Virus record (IMG/VR): IMGVR_UViG_3300017917_003339
Coordinates: 28,495 to 92,494 of that record
Direction: 5' to 3' (one strand)
Length of the DNA: 64,000 nt
Source: a virus
The notes beneath the pieces were generated by a model. The model worked only from the letters and a program-made list of their open reading frames with translations. It was not told the DNA's origin and searched no databases. This document shows, piece after piece, positions 27,464-35,631 of the stretch (position 1 is its first letter; every line of letters begins with the position of its first letter). Made by a program: the position numbers and the translations under genes.

Positions 27464-29791
27464 TTACTTAAGAAATTTTTTGATTTTTTTGATTTCTTCA
27501 AATAATTTGTAGTTTTTGAAGTAAGAAGGGATATCTTTGATAAACATGAATCCATTATAGGTGCTGTTATCATCCTTATGGACCACAGTGGTATATATTG
27601 AACCGTTGGTTTTGATTTTGCTTCTGTCGAAGACAATTCTAACCAATTCGTTTTCTATCTCATTGGTGTTTTCATCTTGACCTAAATTTTTAAGTGTTTT
27701 TTCAAAAGCGGTAAGAATATCGTACTTGGTTTTCTTCAGAGCTTCAATTTCATCTTCTGAACGTTCATCTTCCTCATCGTTATCATATATTTTGTCATCT
27801 ATGATTTCGTAGATTTCATCTTTTATACGTTGCTCTATCGCAGCACTATCAATATTCATGTTATTATGTTCTCTTATGGTTTCCCATAATTCATCATAAC
27901 TGCTCGGTAACTCAGCTTGTTCAAGCATGTCCTCCAACAAAGATTCAAAAGCACTTTCAAAGTCTGTTTTGTCTTTGGTTAAAATATCAGCATCTGAAAT
28001 CAACGCACCAATAAAATTAGGTATTGCTATTGTTATCTCTTTATAGTCTCTACTACGATAACTATATCTATTTGATTCATATGTTATTATTTTTTGAAAC
28101 TTATTACTAAGGTCTGTAAAGGTTTCTTCTTCAGCTTCATCTTGAGCATTTGAATATACTTCGTCTATGTATTCTTTGATTGAATCTTCTACCCCAAATT
28201 TTTCTAACATAGAAGCTACAATTTCTTGTGTTGGGTTGATTCCATTTTTTCTTAACCTCGTAACCAATTCTGAATCTGTTAAGACTCTTTCAATAAAATG
28301 CTGATATTCTTCGTCAAGACCATCTCTCCATCCTTCAAAATAACTATCATTCCATGACTGCCAATTGCTATCTGACAATTCAGACATTAAGTCTTCCAAA
28401 TTATGACCAAACTTAACATCAGAACCAAATTCAAATGTAAGTTTATCTGAATAATCGCCATATGTAACAGATACTGTATCTGGTAGCATTTCATTTAAAG
28501 TTTCAATGGTCGCATCATCTTCTTTATACCTATGTTCAGCACTATGTTTTAACCCATCGATAATTGGTTTAATTTCAGAATAGTTTTTTACCAATTTACC
28601 AGAAGCATGTTTTTCAAGCATTTCTAATTTATCAGCACCGTTAATAGCAATGAAATTACCAATTTGTTTTTTGTTTAGGCTACTTAAATACGCTGAAATT
28701 CTATCGTCTGGTAAAACAACCAACTCAGTATACATCATACGTAGCCTTTTTCTATTCCAATTGTCAGCGTTCAAATAAGTGTCCAATTTTCTATCACTAA
28801 TTTGTGCATAACGCTTAACAAGTTTAGAATTGTTTTTGATACTAGCAAATTGCTCATCATCCAATCCAATACCAAATGAAACATACAAATTCTTTAAGTC
28901 ATCTGGCAGCATCAAGAATTGGTTAGTTGAAATTGGCCTTGCAATTGTTGGGTATATATCCAAATAAGCCTTTTTATCTTCGTAGCTAAGACTTTTAAAT
29001 TCGTTGTCGCTTATCCCTTTTTTGAATCTCTCATGTTGAGCTCTTTCTTCTGGTGTGAACGGTTTTGGTTTTAATACTTCTTTGATACCAGCTAACTTAG
29101 GGTTTATTTCAAGTATTTGGTTCCAACTCATTTGATTATCACCATCATTGTTTGCTGATGTAACTATGTATTGTGGTGTTTCGTTATCCTCAGGGTTAAG
29201 GTTCTTAGGTACTTGAATAACAAAGAAGTGGTATCTATTTTCAAAACCACCACTAACACCGCCTTTTTTTGCAATAGCAGCCAATTCTGTTTCAGTTGCT
29301 TTAACATCCTTAACAAAATAAAATGCTGGTTCGTATGGTTTAAATCTGTAAGTATAGAACATGTTTGAAGAGTCTGACCTTGCGACACACCAGCTATATG
29401 GCATACTACCCTTGTATTTGATACAAGCTCTTGGGCTATCAGCATAAAACACTTCTATACCATTTTTGTTGTACACAGCTTCACCAGTAACTTCAATGTC
29501 ATTTTGTTTCGACATAGTTGTTTTTACTGGTCTTTGACCTGACACATAATCTACAAGAGTTTCAAGGGAATTAAATGTTGGATAAGCGTCAATATCAAAA
29601 CGCTTTTCAACTGGAACGTTGATATTTAAGTCTGGATTAAGAGCTTCACGGTATTTACCATCTCTAATGTGTTTGAATTTTTCAATATAACTTCTAACAA
29701 TCTCTGGGTCATAATTTTGAGATATGAATTTCTGAGTTTGACTCTTGAAATCTTCGTTTAATAAATCCTTGAATATATGTGATAATTTCAT
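27464..29791 (-). CDS. large putative late/virion protein
   Basis: 775 aa; MKLSHIFKDLLNE N-terminus; ATATTTATA upstream; YSWCV motif. Confidence 0.6.
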   Translation of the reverse strand: MKLSHIFKDLLNEDFKSQTQKFISQNYDPEIVRSYIEKFKHIRDGKYREALNPDLNINVPVEKRFDIDAYPTFNSLETLVDYVSGQRPVKTTMSKQNDIEVTGEAVYNKNGIEVFYADSPRACIKYKGSMPYSWCVARSDSSNMFYTYRFKPYEPAFYFVKDVKATETELAAIAKKGGVSGGFENRYHFFVIQVPKNLNPEDNETPQYIVTSANNDGDNQMSWNQILEINPKLAGIKEVLKPKPFTPEERAQHERFKKGISDNEFKSLSYEDKKAYLDIYPTIARPISTNQFLMLPDDLKNLYVSFGIGLDDEQFASIKNNSKLVKRYAQISDRKLDTYLNADNWNRKRLRMMYTELVVLPDDRISAYLSSLNKKQIGNFIAINGADKLEMLEKHASGKLVKNYSEIKPIIDGLKHSAEHRYKEDDATIETLNEMLPDTVSVTYGDYSDKLTFEFGSDVKFGHNLEDLMSELSDSNWQSWNDSYFEGWRDGLDEEYQHFIERVLTDSELVTRLRKNGINPTQEIVASMLEKFGVEDSIKEYIDEVYSNAQDEAEEETFTDLSNKFQKIITYESNRYSYRSRDYKEITIAIPNFIGALISDADILTKDKTDFESAFESLLEDMLEQAELPSSYDELWETIREHNNMNIDSAAIEQRIKDEIYEIIDDKIYDNDEEDERSEDEIEALKKTKYDILTAFEKTLKNLGQDENTNEIENELVRIVFDRSKIKTNGSIYTTVVHKDDNSTYNGFMFIKDIPSYFKNYKLFEEIKKIKKFLK

Positions 29792-29823
29792 GCTAATTTT
29801 TTAATATAAATATCACAAAAAAA

Positions 29824-30348
29824 CTAAACAGACATCCTTTTAACCATCTTTCTGTATATTCTATCTTCAAAATCTTTCATCAAAGAATCTGGGATTCTAA
29901 TTCCTTTAGATTCGAATTCACCTATAATCTCACGTTTAAGAAATGTACCCTCAACAATTCCATCACCCCATTGGTCACACCAAAGTCCCCAGCTTTTCTT
30001 ACCAACAATCACAGCCTTGACTATGTTTGGGTGTCTGGTTACTATGGGTTTTCCACCAGAGTATTGTCCGTTATCGAATTTTCTAAATGTGTTTTTACCT
30101 TCGGATTCATTGACATCAAATTCAACATTGACGATAGAACCGCAAAAGGTAAGAATACCTTTCCTATAAGAAGATAGAAAGAAATTGAAGATTTCATTGA
30201 AGTTGTCGGAATACTTTGATAACTTTCTATCAAGTCTGTTACCAGTTTCCTTTTTGCGTAATTCAATACGCTCTTGTTTTGTTAGGCTCCCAAGCGGTCG
30301 CCTCCTGATTGTGTTGTTTTCATATTCTTGTGTTTTTTGTTTAACCAA
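29824..30348 (-). CDS. hypothetical protein
   Basis: ORF. Confidence 0.6.
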   Translation of the reverse strand: MVKQKTQEYENNTIRRRPLGSLTKQERIELRKKETGNRLDRKLSKYSDNFNEIFNFFLSSYRKGILTFCGSIVNVEFDVNESEGKNTFRKFDNGQYSGGKPIVTRHPNIVKAVIVGKKSWGLWCDQWGDGIVEGTFLKREIIGEFESKGIRIPDSLMKDFEDRIYRKMVKRMSV

Positions 30349-31085
30349 TTTAATTTATTCAAGTCAATACTTGAATTAGATTTTACAATATGACCATCTG
30401 GAAAATGTTTTATCATATCAGACATACTCAATACTGGAAAATCTTTGTCAAAGTTTGCGTTTGGATGTGACCAACCAAATTTAAACAACCAATTCAACAA
30501 CGCATCAACATCATAGTCATTATAATCATCCGTAGTACAGTTACCAGTTCTTTTAGATAACTTACTACCCTTATAAAACAATAAACCAGCATGTTGAACA
30601 TTTGGAAATTGTTTTTGACCATATACGTTGCAAATCATATCCCACAACTTTTGTTGTTTTGGTAAATTTGTAATGTGGTCCACACCTCTGATTATGTCTG
30701 TAATGTCATAATCATAGTCATCTAATATCGAAGCAAAATTATAGGTTGGATAACCGTTATCTCTAAGGATAACCATATCGTAATCTCCCATGTTTACGTT
30801 TAACGTACCATCGTCTTTTTTAAACCCTATAGCTGTTGCCACTTGTTTGTATCGGTCAAGTCTGCTACTTTGCTTAAATGTTACATCATAATTTAACCCA
30901 AAGTAATTCATTTGTTGATATATGAAATCTACATCTGAATCATTGTTCCTAGACAAATCTGTGTCATCGATTCTAAGGATAAAATTACCATCATTTGATT
31001 TACTCAATAAATAATTGAATAAAGCAGTACGTAATGTCCCTAAATGAAATTTGCCCGTTGGTGAAGGGGCAATTCTTGTTTTCAT
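30282..31085 (-). CDS. glutamyl-tRNA synthetase-like catalytic-domain protein (GluRS/GluQ-like)
   Basis: TRIAPSPTG.FHLG, LRIDDTD, IIRGVDH, KLSKR; no anticodon-binding domain. Confidence 0.85.
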   Translation of the reverse strand: MKTRIAPSPTGKFHLGTLRTALFNYLLSKSNDGNFILRIDDTDLSRNNDSDVDFIYQQMNYFGLNYDVTFKQSSRLDRYKQVATAIGFKKDDGTLNVNMGDYDMVILRDNGYPTYNFASILDDYDYDITDIIRGVDHITNLPKQQKLWDMICNVYGQKQFPNVQHAGLLFYKGSKLSKRTGNCTTDDYNDYDVDALLNWLFKFGWSHPNANFDKDFPVLSMSDMIKHFPDGHIVKSNSSIDLNKLNWLNKKHKNMKTTQSGGDRLGA

Positions 31086-31106
31086 AATACTATTTTTTAT
31101 ATTTTG

Positions 31107-31179
31107 TGGAGCTGACGGGAGTTGAACCCGCATCCTCTACCTTGCAAAGGTAGCGCTCAGCCAGTTGAGCTACAGCCCC
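31107..31179 (-). tRNA. tRNA-Ala(UGC)
   Basis: CTACC-TTTGCAA-GGTAG; G3:U70. Confidence 0.92.
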
Positions 31180-31180
31180 A

Positions 31181-31235
31181 AAATTTCTAATTCTACGCTT
31201 ACAATATGTAGTTCTATGAATTAGTAACAGTCTCA
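31181..31235 (-). repeat. tRNA-spacer structured repeat, copy 3
   Basis: GAGACTGTTA-CTAATTC-ATAG...GCGTA-GAATTAG-AAATTT. Confidence 0.8.
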
Positions 31236-31241
31236 TCTGTG

Positions 31242-31362
31242 CGGACGCAGTGGGACTCGAACCCACAGCTTTTTCGTGACAGGAAAATTAACTAATGCTG
31301 CTGGAGATAACCTTGTCAGGTTATGACTTGTTTTTAACATGTTACCCTTACACCATACGTCC
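31242..31362 (-). tRNA. tRNA-Asp(GUC) with inserted helix+CAGCA module
   Basis: GGACGTA/TGCGTCC, TTTTC-CTGTCAC-GAAAA; ~50-nt insertion after the D arm. Confidence 0.7.
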
Positions 31363-31500
31363 AAAAATACCTTTACATTTCAAAGGTTAAGCAGGTTTAG
31401 TTGCGGACTTTCCTTCCAGTCAGTGCTTCTTTTTCCAGAGATTGCCTCTATACGCACGTTATCTGACAATTTTAACACGAAGCGACCGTGTTAGCAATCG

Positions 31501-31574
31501 TGGAGACTGCGGGAGTCGAACCCGCGACCTTCTGCGTGCAAGGCAGACGCTCTAGCCAGCTGAGCTAAGTCCCC
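31501..31574 (-). tRNA. tRNA-Ala(UGC)
   Basis: TCTGC-CTTGCAC-GCAGA. Confidence 0.93.
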
Positions 31575-31584
31575 AAATATTTTA

Positions 31585-31655
31585 GAAGCGCAATTGGTTT
31601 CGAACCAATGTTTCCAGCTACGCGCCAGCGTCCTAAGCCCCTAGACGATACACTT
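31585..31655 (-). pseudogene. degenerate tRNA (Glu/Asp-type D arm, collapsed anticodon loop)
   Basis: TCGTCTAGGGGCTTAGGAC D arm, ATTGG-TTCGAAA-CCAAT T arm. Confidence 0.5.
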
Positions 31656-31757
31656 TAACTACTCTCAATACAACTGCCATCATATATTGAGTAGAATGGC
31701 CTTGTTACTTCACCTTTCAGTTGGCAGACCTACTTGGTTTTTCACTCACCTTTTTTG

Positions 31758-31831
31758 CCGAGATACTGGGATTCGAACCCAGTTCGCACGCCGTGACAGG
31801 GCGGCATCCTTCGCCAGTGGACCTTACCTCG
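31758..31831 (-). tRNA. tRNA-Asp(GUC)
   Basis: CGCC-CTGTCAC-GGCG. Confidence 0.8.
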
Positions 31832-31837
31832 AATCTA

Positions 31838-31914
31838 TGGCGGTCTGTACGGGACTCGAACCCGTGACCTTCGCCGTGACAGGGCGACATTGTAACCAAC
31901 TCTACTAACAGACC
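31838..31914 (-). tRNA. tRNA-Asp(GUC)
   Basis: TCGCC-CTGTCAC-GGCGA, encoded CCA. Confidence 0.92.
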
Positions 31915-31920
31915 AAATAT

Positions 31921-31996
31921 TGGTAGTCTGTACGGGATTCGAACCCGTGTTTTACCCGTGAAAGGGGCACGTCCTGACCAACTAGACGAACAGACC
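31921..31996 (-). tRNA. tRNA-Glu(UUC)
   Basis: GCCC-CTTTCAC-GGGT, encoded CCA. Confidence 0.92.
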
Positions 31997-32030
31997 ATTT
32001 AGATTTTTGATTACTGGAATCTTAACCAGA

Positions 32031-32669
32031 TTATTTTCTCCCTTTTAACCAACCTTCGTTTAAATAAGTTTCAAGGTCTTCTTTTTTAATTTTTTTGTTA
32101 GTACCATCCTTGGTTATCCAACATGTACCATATTGACTGTTTGTTTCACCAGTCCCAGTACCTTTTCTTTTTTCTGATATTAATTGTTTAGTTTCTTCCG
32201 AATGACATTTACCTTCAAAAGTATTATAATTAATTTTACCTAATTTATGTGCTTTTTTTAATGTTTCAGATGATATTTCTGTATGTTTTTTAAAAAACTC
32301 TTCATCAATTTTTAATTTGTCAGAAAACGCTTTTCCACCAGCCTTAATACATTTCTCCATATGTTCTTTATTAGCAAAACCACCTTGACCACCTTCTTTT
32401 AAATTCATACATAAACCATCAGATATCAACTCTTTTGTTATAATTTCAATCTCTCTAAGAACTAATTTTTCTCTTGTTGGTAAAAATTCTAATATTTCTT
32501 TTGTATGGTTTTCAACACCATATTTCCTAATACTATATCTTAATATCTTACCACTTCCCATGTAACCGTCATCTAATTTCGTAGTTGAATGCATTCCAAT
32601 ATACCATCTTCCTGTTACATTACATGTTGTTTTATATATGTAATGTATATTTGCTTTTTTTCTTGCCAT
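32031..32669 (-). CDS. GIY-YIG (Seg-like) homing endonuclease with NUMOD3
   Basis: YIYKTT..WYIGMH..YMGSG; HSEETKQLISE. Confidence 0.9.
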   Translation of the reverse strand: MARKKANIHYIYKTTCNVTGRWYIGMHSTTKLDDGYMGSGKILRYSIRKYGVENHTKEILEFLPTREKLVLREIEIITKELISDGLCMNLKEGGQGGFANKEHMEKCIKAGGKAFSDKLKIDEEFFKKHTEISSETLKKAHKLGKINYNTFEGKCHSEETKQLISEKRKGTGTGETNSQYGTCWITKDGTNKKIKKEDLETYLNEGWLKGRK

Positions 32670-32726
32670 TTCAGTTTATCTTTAATAATAAATATCAAGA
32701 TAAACTGAAAAGTACAAAAAAGTTTA

Positions 32727-32805
32727 TGGTAGCCTCGACGGGGCTCGAACCCGCATTGCACACCTTGAAAGGATGGCTTCCTAGTCCGATTTAGAAGACA
32801 AGGCC
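32727..32805 (-). tRNA. tRNA-Glu(UUC)
   Basis: CATC-CTTTCAA-GGTG, encoded CCA. Confidence 0.85.
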
Positions 32806-32862
32806 ATGTTTATCGTTTCGGTTACCCCCACGCAGTGCACTTACGCAGGGACCTACTCCTTG

Positions 32863-33026
32863 TAGGAATGAGTGGATTCGAACCACTGACCTTCTCCCTT
32901 ATGATGGGAGTCGTTCTGAATGTGTTTTTTCAACCAACTTAATGGTAATTCATTAAGCACACACCCCGATTGTTGTTATTTACCATCTCCTTAAGGAGCC
33001 AATCAGACCGCTGAACGTACATTCCT
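32863..33026 (-). tRNA. tRNA(CAU)-like RNA with ~90-nt insertion in the D loop
   Basis: AGGAATG/CATTCCT, D stem CGTTC/GAACG, CTCCC-ATCATAA-GGGAG, canonical T arm. Confidence 0.65.
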
Positions 33027-33028
33027 AG

Positions 33029-33101
33029 TGGTACCTCCCAGATTCGAACTGGGGACACCTGCATCTTCAGTGCAGTGCTCTACCAACTGAGCTAAGGTAC
33101 C
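33029..33101 (-). tRNA. tRNA-Phe(GAA)
   Basis: CTGCA-CTGAAGA-TGCAG. Confidence 0.93.
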
Positions 33102-33104
33102 TTT

Positions 33105-33165
33105 TAATTTCGTTGCAAAGATACAACTTATTTTTTAATCTCCAAATTTTCAATGAACTTTTTTT
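33105..33165 (-). promoter_or_regulatory. internal promoter cassette, near-identical to 55065-55125
   Basis: GTTGTATCTTTGCAACG within a ~60-nt repeat. Confidence 0.7.
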
Positions 33166-33180
33166 ATTTTTTTTTTCTTG

Positions 33181-33251
33181 TGGAATCAACGGGAGTCGAC
33201 CCCGTGTCTCTGGCTCTTCAGGCCAGCGCTAAACCCCTCAGCTATGACTCC
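33181..33251 (-). tRNA. tRNA-Phe(GAA)
   Basis: CTGGC-CTGAAGA-GCCAG; variant T loop GTCGACT. Confidence 0.8.
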
Positions 33252-33264
33252 AATTTTTGTACAT

Positions 33265-33295
33265 AAAAAAAGCCTGACTTATTAGGGTCAGGCTT
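33265..33295 (-). terminator. attenuator terminator of tRNA operon 2
   Basis: AAGCCTGAC-CCTAATAA-GTCAGGC-T7. Confidence 0.9.
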
Positions 33296-33323
33296 GTTAC
33301 TATGGTTGAGTTATTTCTAACTG

Positions 33324-33413
33324 TTAACTATTGGCAACACACGACCCTCCAGAAGAGCAATCCTCCTCGGCAGCAAAAAATGCAAAATCAAATATGTTAG
33401 CAAAAGTTCTCAT
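33324..33413 (-). CDS. leader peptide 2 (F/A/D/E sensor): MRTFANIFDFAFFAAEEDCSSGGSCVANS
   Basis: Manual translation; antiterminator AGGGTCG at 33342-33348. Confidence 0.88.
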   Translation of the reverse strand: MRTFANIFDFAFFAAEEDCSSGGSCVANS

Positions 33414-33488
33414 AGTAATATTTTTATGTTTGTTTATAAATATGTTCTTTTTTTAAAAAGTTTATTTTTTGTTTGTTTTTAAATTCTT

Positions 33489-33525
33489 TGCAAATATACG
33501 AACTATTTTAATACTAGTCAAGTTT
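33489..33525 (-). promoter_or_regulatory. promoter of tRNA operon 2
   Basis: ACTTGACT...GTATATTTGCA. Confidence 0.75.
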
Positions 33526-33548
33526 TTTTGCAACTTTTTTAAATTATT

Positions 33549-34136
33549 TTATAATTCGTTGTTTCTCAATTGATTAAGATAAGCTTCCATTTCATCTTTT
33601 TCATCGTATTTGAATGTTTTTAACACTCTCACGCTTTTGGTTGAAATTGATTTACCACCAGCTGCTCCTTTCCTAACATATATTCTATCAGAATCTAACT
33701 GATGTGCTGGTACAGCTTGATAGTAATATTTAGGGTCTAAATATGCCATTGGTATTATGATTTCAATAACTGCATAATCTGGACCTTCAAATTCTTCTGT
33801 CATGTTGAATAAATCATCGTGGTGTTTATGTTTGAATTTAACACCTAAGTCAGTCATCATAGAAGGAACGTATTTTGCATCTGGATGTTGTTGTTTAATA
33901 TACTGCATCATCTTAGAACCAATTCCTAACCTTCTATATTTTGGTAAGACTATAATATTACCAACAGTCAATTCACCATCGTATATTGTGTATTGTACCA
34001 TTCCAAGAATGTCATCATTCAAATACACACCCAACTCATAATCATCTTGACCATGGTGATAACCCATGTGTTCTGTTCTATAATCTAACTCGCCAGTGAG
34101 CCCTTCTCTTAACAATTTTTTTATTAGTGCTTTCAT
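33549..34136 (-). CDS. GNAT acetyltransferase with MKALIKKLLRE N-terminus
   Basis: VLPKYRRLGIGSKMM; start corrected because the ORF-track start lies in tRNA sequence. Confidence 0.75.
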   Translation of the reverse strand: MKALIKKLLREGLTGELDYRTEHMGYHHGQDDYELGVYLNDDILGMVQYTIYDGELTVGNIIVLPKYRRLGIGSKMMQYIKQQHPDAKYVPSMMTDLGVKFKHKHHDDLFNMTEEFEGPDYAVIEIIIPMAYLDPKYYYQAVPAHQLDSDRIYVRKGAAGGKSISTKSVRVLKTFKYDEKDEMEAYLNQLRNNEL

Positions 34137-34165
34137 ACTAATAAATATGTCAAAGAATTGATTTG

Positions 34166-34248
34166 TACCGCTGACTGGACTCGAACCAGCACACCCTTTC
34201 GGGCACCAGATTCTTAGTCTGGCGTGTCTACCATTCCACCACAGCGGC
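34166..34248 (-). tRNA. tRNA-Leu(AAG)
   Basis: CCAGA-CTAAGAA-TCTGG, long V arm. Confidence 0.9.
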
Positions 34249-34254
34249 AGGTAC

Positions 34255-34340
34255 AAGATAGTTAATTTTGTGGATTTGAACCACTTCGTTCGCATTTTAA
34301 GTGTGAATTTTTAACCAATTTTGTTTGCTGAAACTATCTT
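34255..34340 (-). ncRNA. mini tRNA-Leu(UAA) mimic closed by helix+CAGCA module
   Basis: AAGATAG-TTT-CAGCAAA...TTCACA-CTTAAAA-TGCGAA..GTGG-TTCAAAT-CCAC...CTATCTT. Confidence 0.6.
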
Positions 34341-34343
34341 TTG

Positions 34344-34418
34344 TAGGTCTGGAGGGATTCGAACCCCCGACTTTTTCCTTGTAAGAGAAACACTCTGAAC
34401 CAACTGAGTTACAGACCC
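34344..34418 (-). tRNA. tRNA-Val(UAC)
   Basis: TTTCT-CTTACAA-GGAAA. Confidence 0.9.
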
Positions 34419-34427
34419 ATTATATTG

Positions 34428-34510
34428 TACCGCTGGCGAGACTCGAACTCGCACGCTTATTTCAGCACTGGTTTCTAAGACCAGCGGGTCTACCATTCCC
34501 CCACAGCGGC
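34428..34510 (-). tRNA. tRNA-Leu(UAG)
   Basis: CTGGT-CTTAGAA-ACCAG. Confidence 0.9.
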
Positions 34511-34694
34511 ATATATGATGTTAAGCTTCTTCTAGCTCAACATCTTCAATTTCTTTATCTTGTTCTAATTTTTTAGCACATGTAATGTGCATAAATTTTT
34601 TGTCTACTACTAAAGCAGCACCGTGGATAACACCACCACATTCACAACAATTAAACTTCATACTTCCATAATTTTAATTAACACGTTATTTTTG

Positions 34695-34778
34695 TAGCCA
34701 GAGTGGGAATCGAACCCACACGTCCTTGCGGACACCAGATTTTGAGTCTGGCGCGTCTACCAATTCCGCCATCTGGCC
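34695..34778 (-). tRNA. tRNA-Leu(CAA)
   Basis: CCAGA-CTCAAAA-TCTGG. Confidence 0.93.
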
Positions 34779-34783
34779 AGTTG

Positions 34784-34869
34784 TAGCCGAGGAGGGACTC
34801 GAACCCTCACGCCCATTACTGAGCACGGGATTTTAAGTCCCGCGTGTCTACCAATTCCACCACTCGGCC
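34784..34869 (-). tRNA. tRNA-Leu(UAA)
   Basis: CGGGA-CTTAAAA-TCCCG. Confidence 0.93.
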
Positions 34870-34970
34870 ATTTATGTGTTGTGAGAACTGTACCGTAGGC
34901 TATTCTCCGCATACCACATGGGTATTGTTCTATCGCCATAGCAGCCTCCATAAAGGACAACACATATTTT

Positions 34971-35048
34971 TGGTACACCCAACTGGATTCGAACCAGTGG
35001 CCTCTTGCGTGTAAAACAAGCGCTCTCAACCAACTGAGCTATGGGTGC
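34971..35048 (-). tRNA. tRNA-Val(UAC)
   Basis: CTTGT-TTTACAC-GCAAG, encoded CCA. Confidence 0.9.
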
Positions 35049-35060
35049 ATATGGTAGGGT

Positions 35061-35378
35061 TTAACCTACCTTGATAAAATCTTCATTATCGATGGCTCTT
35101 TCAATCCATCTGATTAATTCTGAACCCTTGATTTCTGCATCGAATGTGGTTGTACCCAAATCCTCAGCCAATACTAGTGTTGCAATTTTTTCTCTTTCAA
35201 AAGAATCCATTACAAATGATTTTTGTACAGTTTTGATTGGAAACTGATAGGTTCCATCCAACACATCAACTTTATAATATAGGTTCCCACCTACATAGTG
35301 ACTAAATTTAGCCAGATTCTTTGACTTATACAAGTCTTTTTTAATTTCATTCTTTTCCATTGTTTCACTCTTTATCAT
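35061..35378 (-). CDS. hypothetical protein within tRNA operon 3
   Basis: ORF. Confidence 0.7.
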   Translation of the reverse strand: MIKSETMEKNEIKKDLYKSKNLAKFSHYVGGNLYYKVDVLDGTYQFPIKTVQKSFVMDSFEREKIATLVLAEDLGTTTFDAEIKGSELIRWIERAIDNEDFIKVG

Positions 35379-35380
35379 TG

Positions 35381-35451
35381 AGGCGCCGACTGGATTCGAA
35401 CCAGTGTACGGGGTTTTGCAGACCCCTGCCTAGCCACTCGGCCACGGCGCC
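35381..35451 (-). tRNA. tRNA-Cys(GCA)
   Basis: GGGGT-CTGCAAA-ACCCC, U73. Confidence 0.95.
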
Positions 35452-35464
35452 ATTGTTATAAAAT

Positions 35465-35492
35465 AAAAAACCCATCTGGTTAGGATGGGCTT
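35465..35492 (-). terminator. attenuator terminator of tRNA operon 3
   Basis: AAGCCCATC-CTAACCA-GATGGG-T6. Confidence 0.88.
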
Positions 35493-35518
35493 TTTGAGAG
35501 ATACTTATCTTATTCAGA

Positions 35519-35602
35519 TTAGTTAACACACAAGTAGCCCAGCTGTGTTTCCACTAGCAAGCATAAACCTAAAAGGACTAATATGTTAAAAGTATTTCTC
35601 AT
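35519..35602 (-). CDS. leader peptide 3 (L/V/C sensor): MRNTFNILVLLGLCLLVETQLGYLCVN
   Basis: Manual translation; antiterminator TGGGCT at 35536-35541. Confidence 0.88.
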   Translation of the reverse strand: MRNTFNILVLLGLCLLVETQLGYLCVN

Positions 35603-35631
35603 TGTTTTTTATGTGTTTCTAATTAAATATA

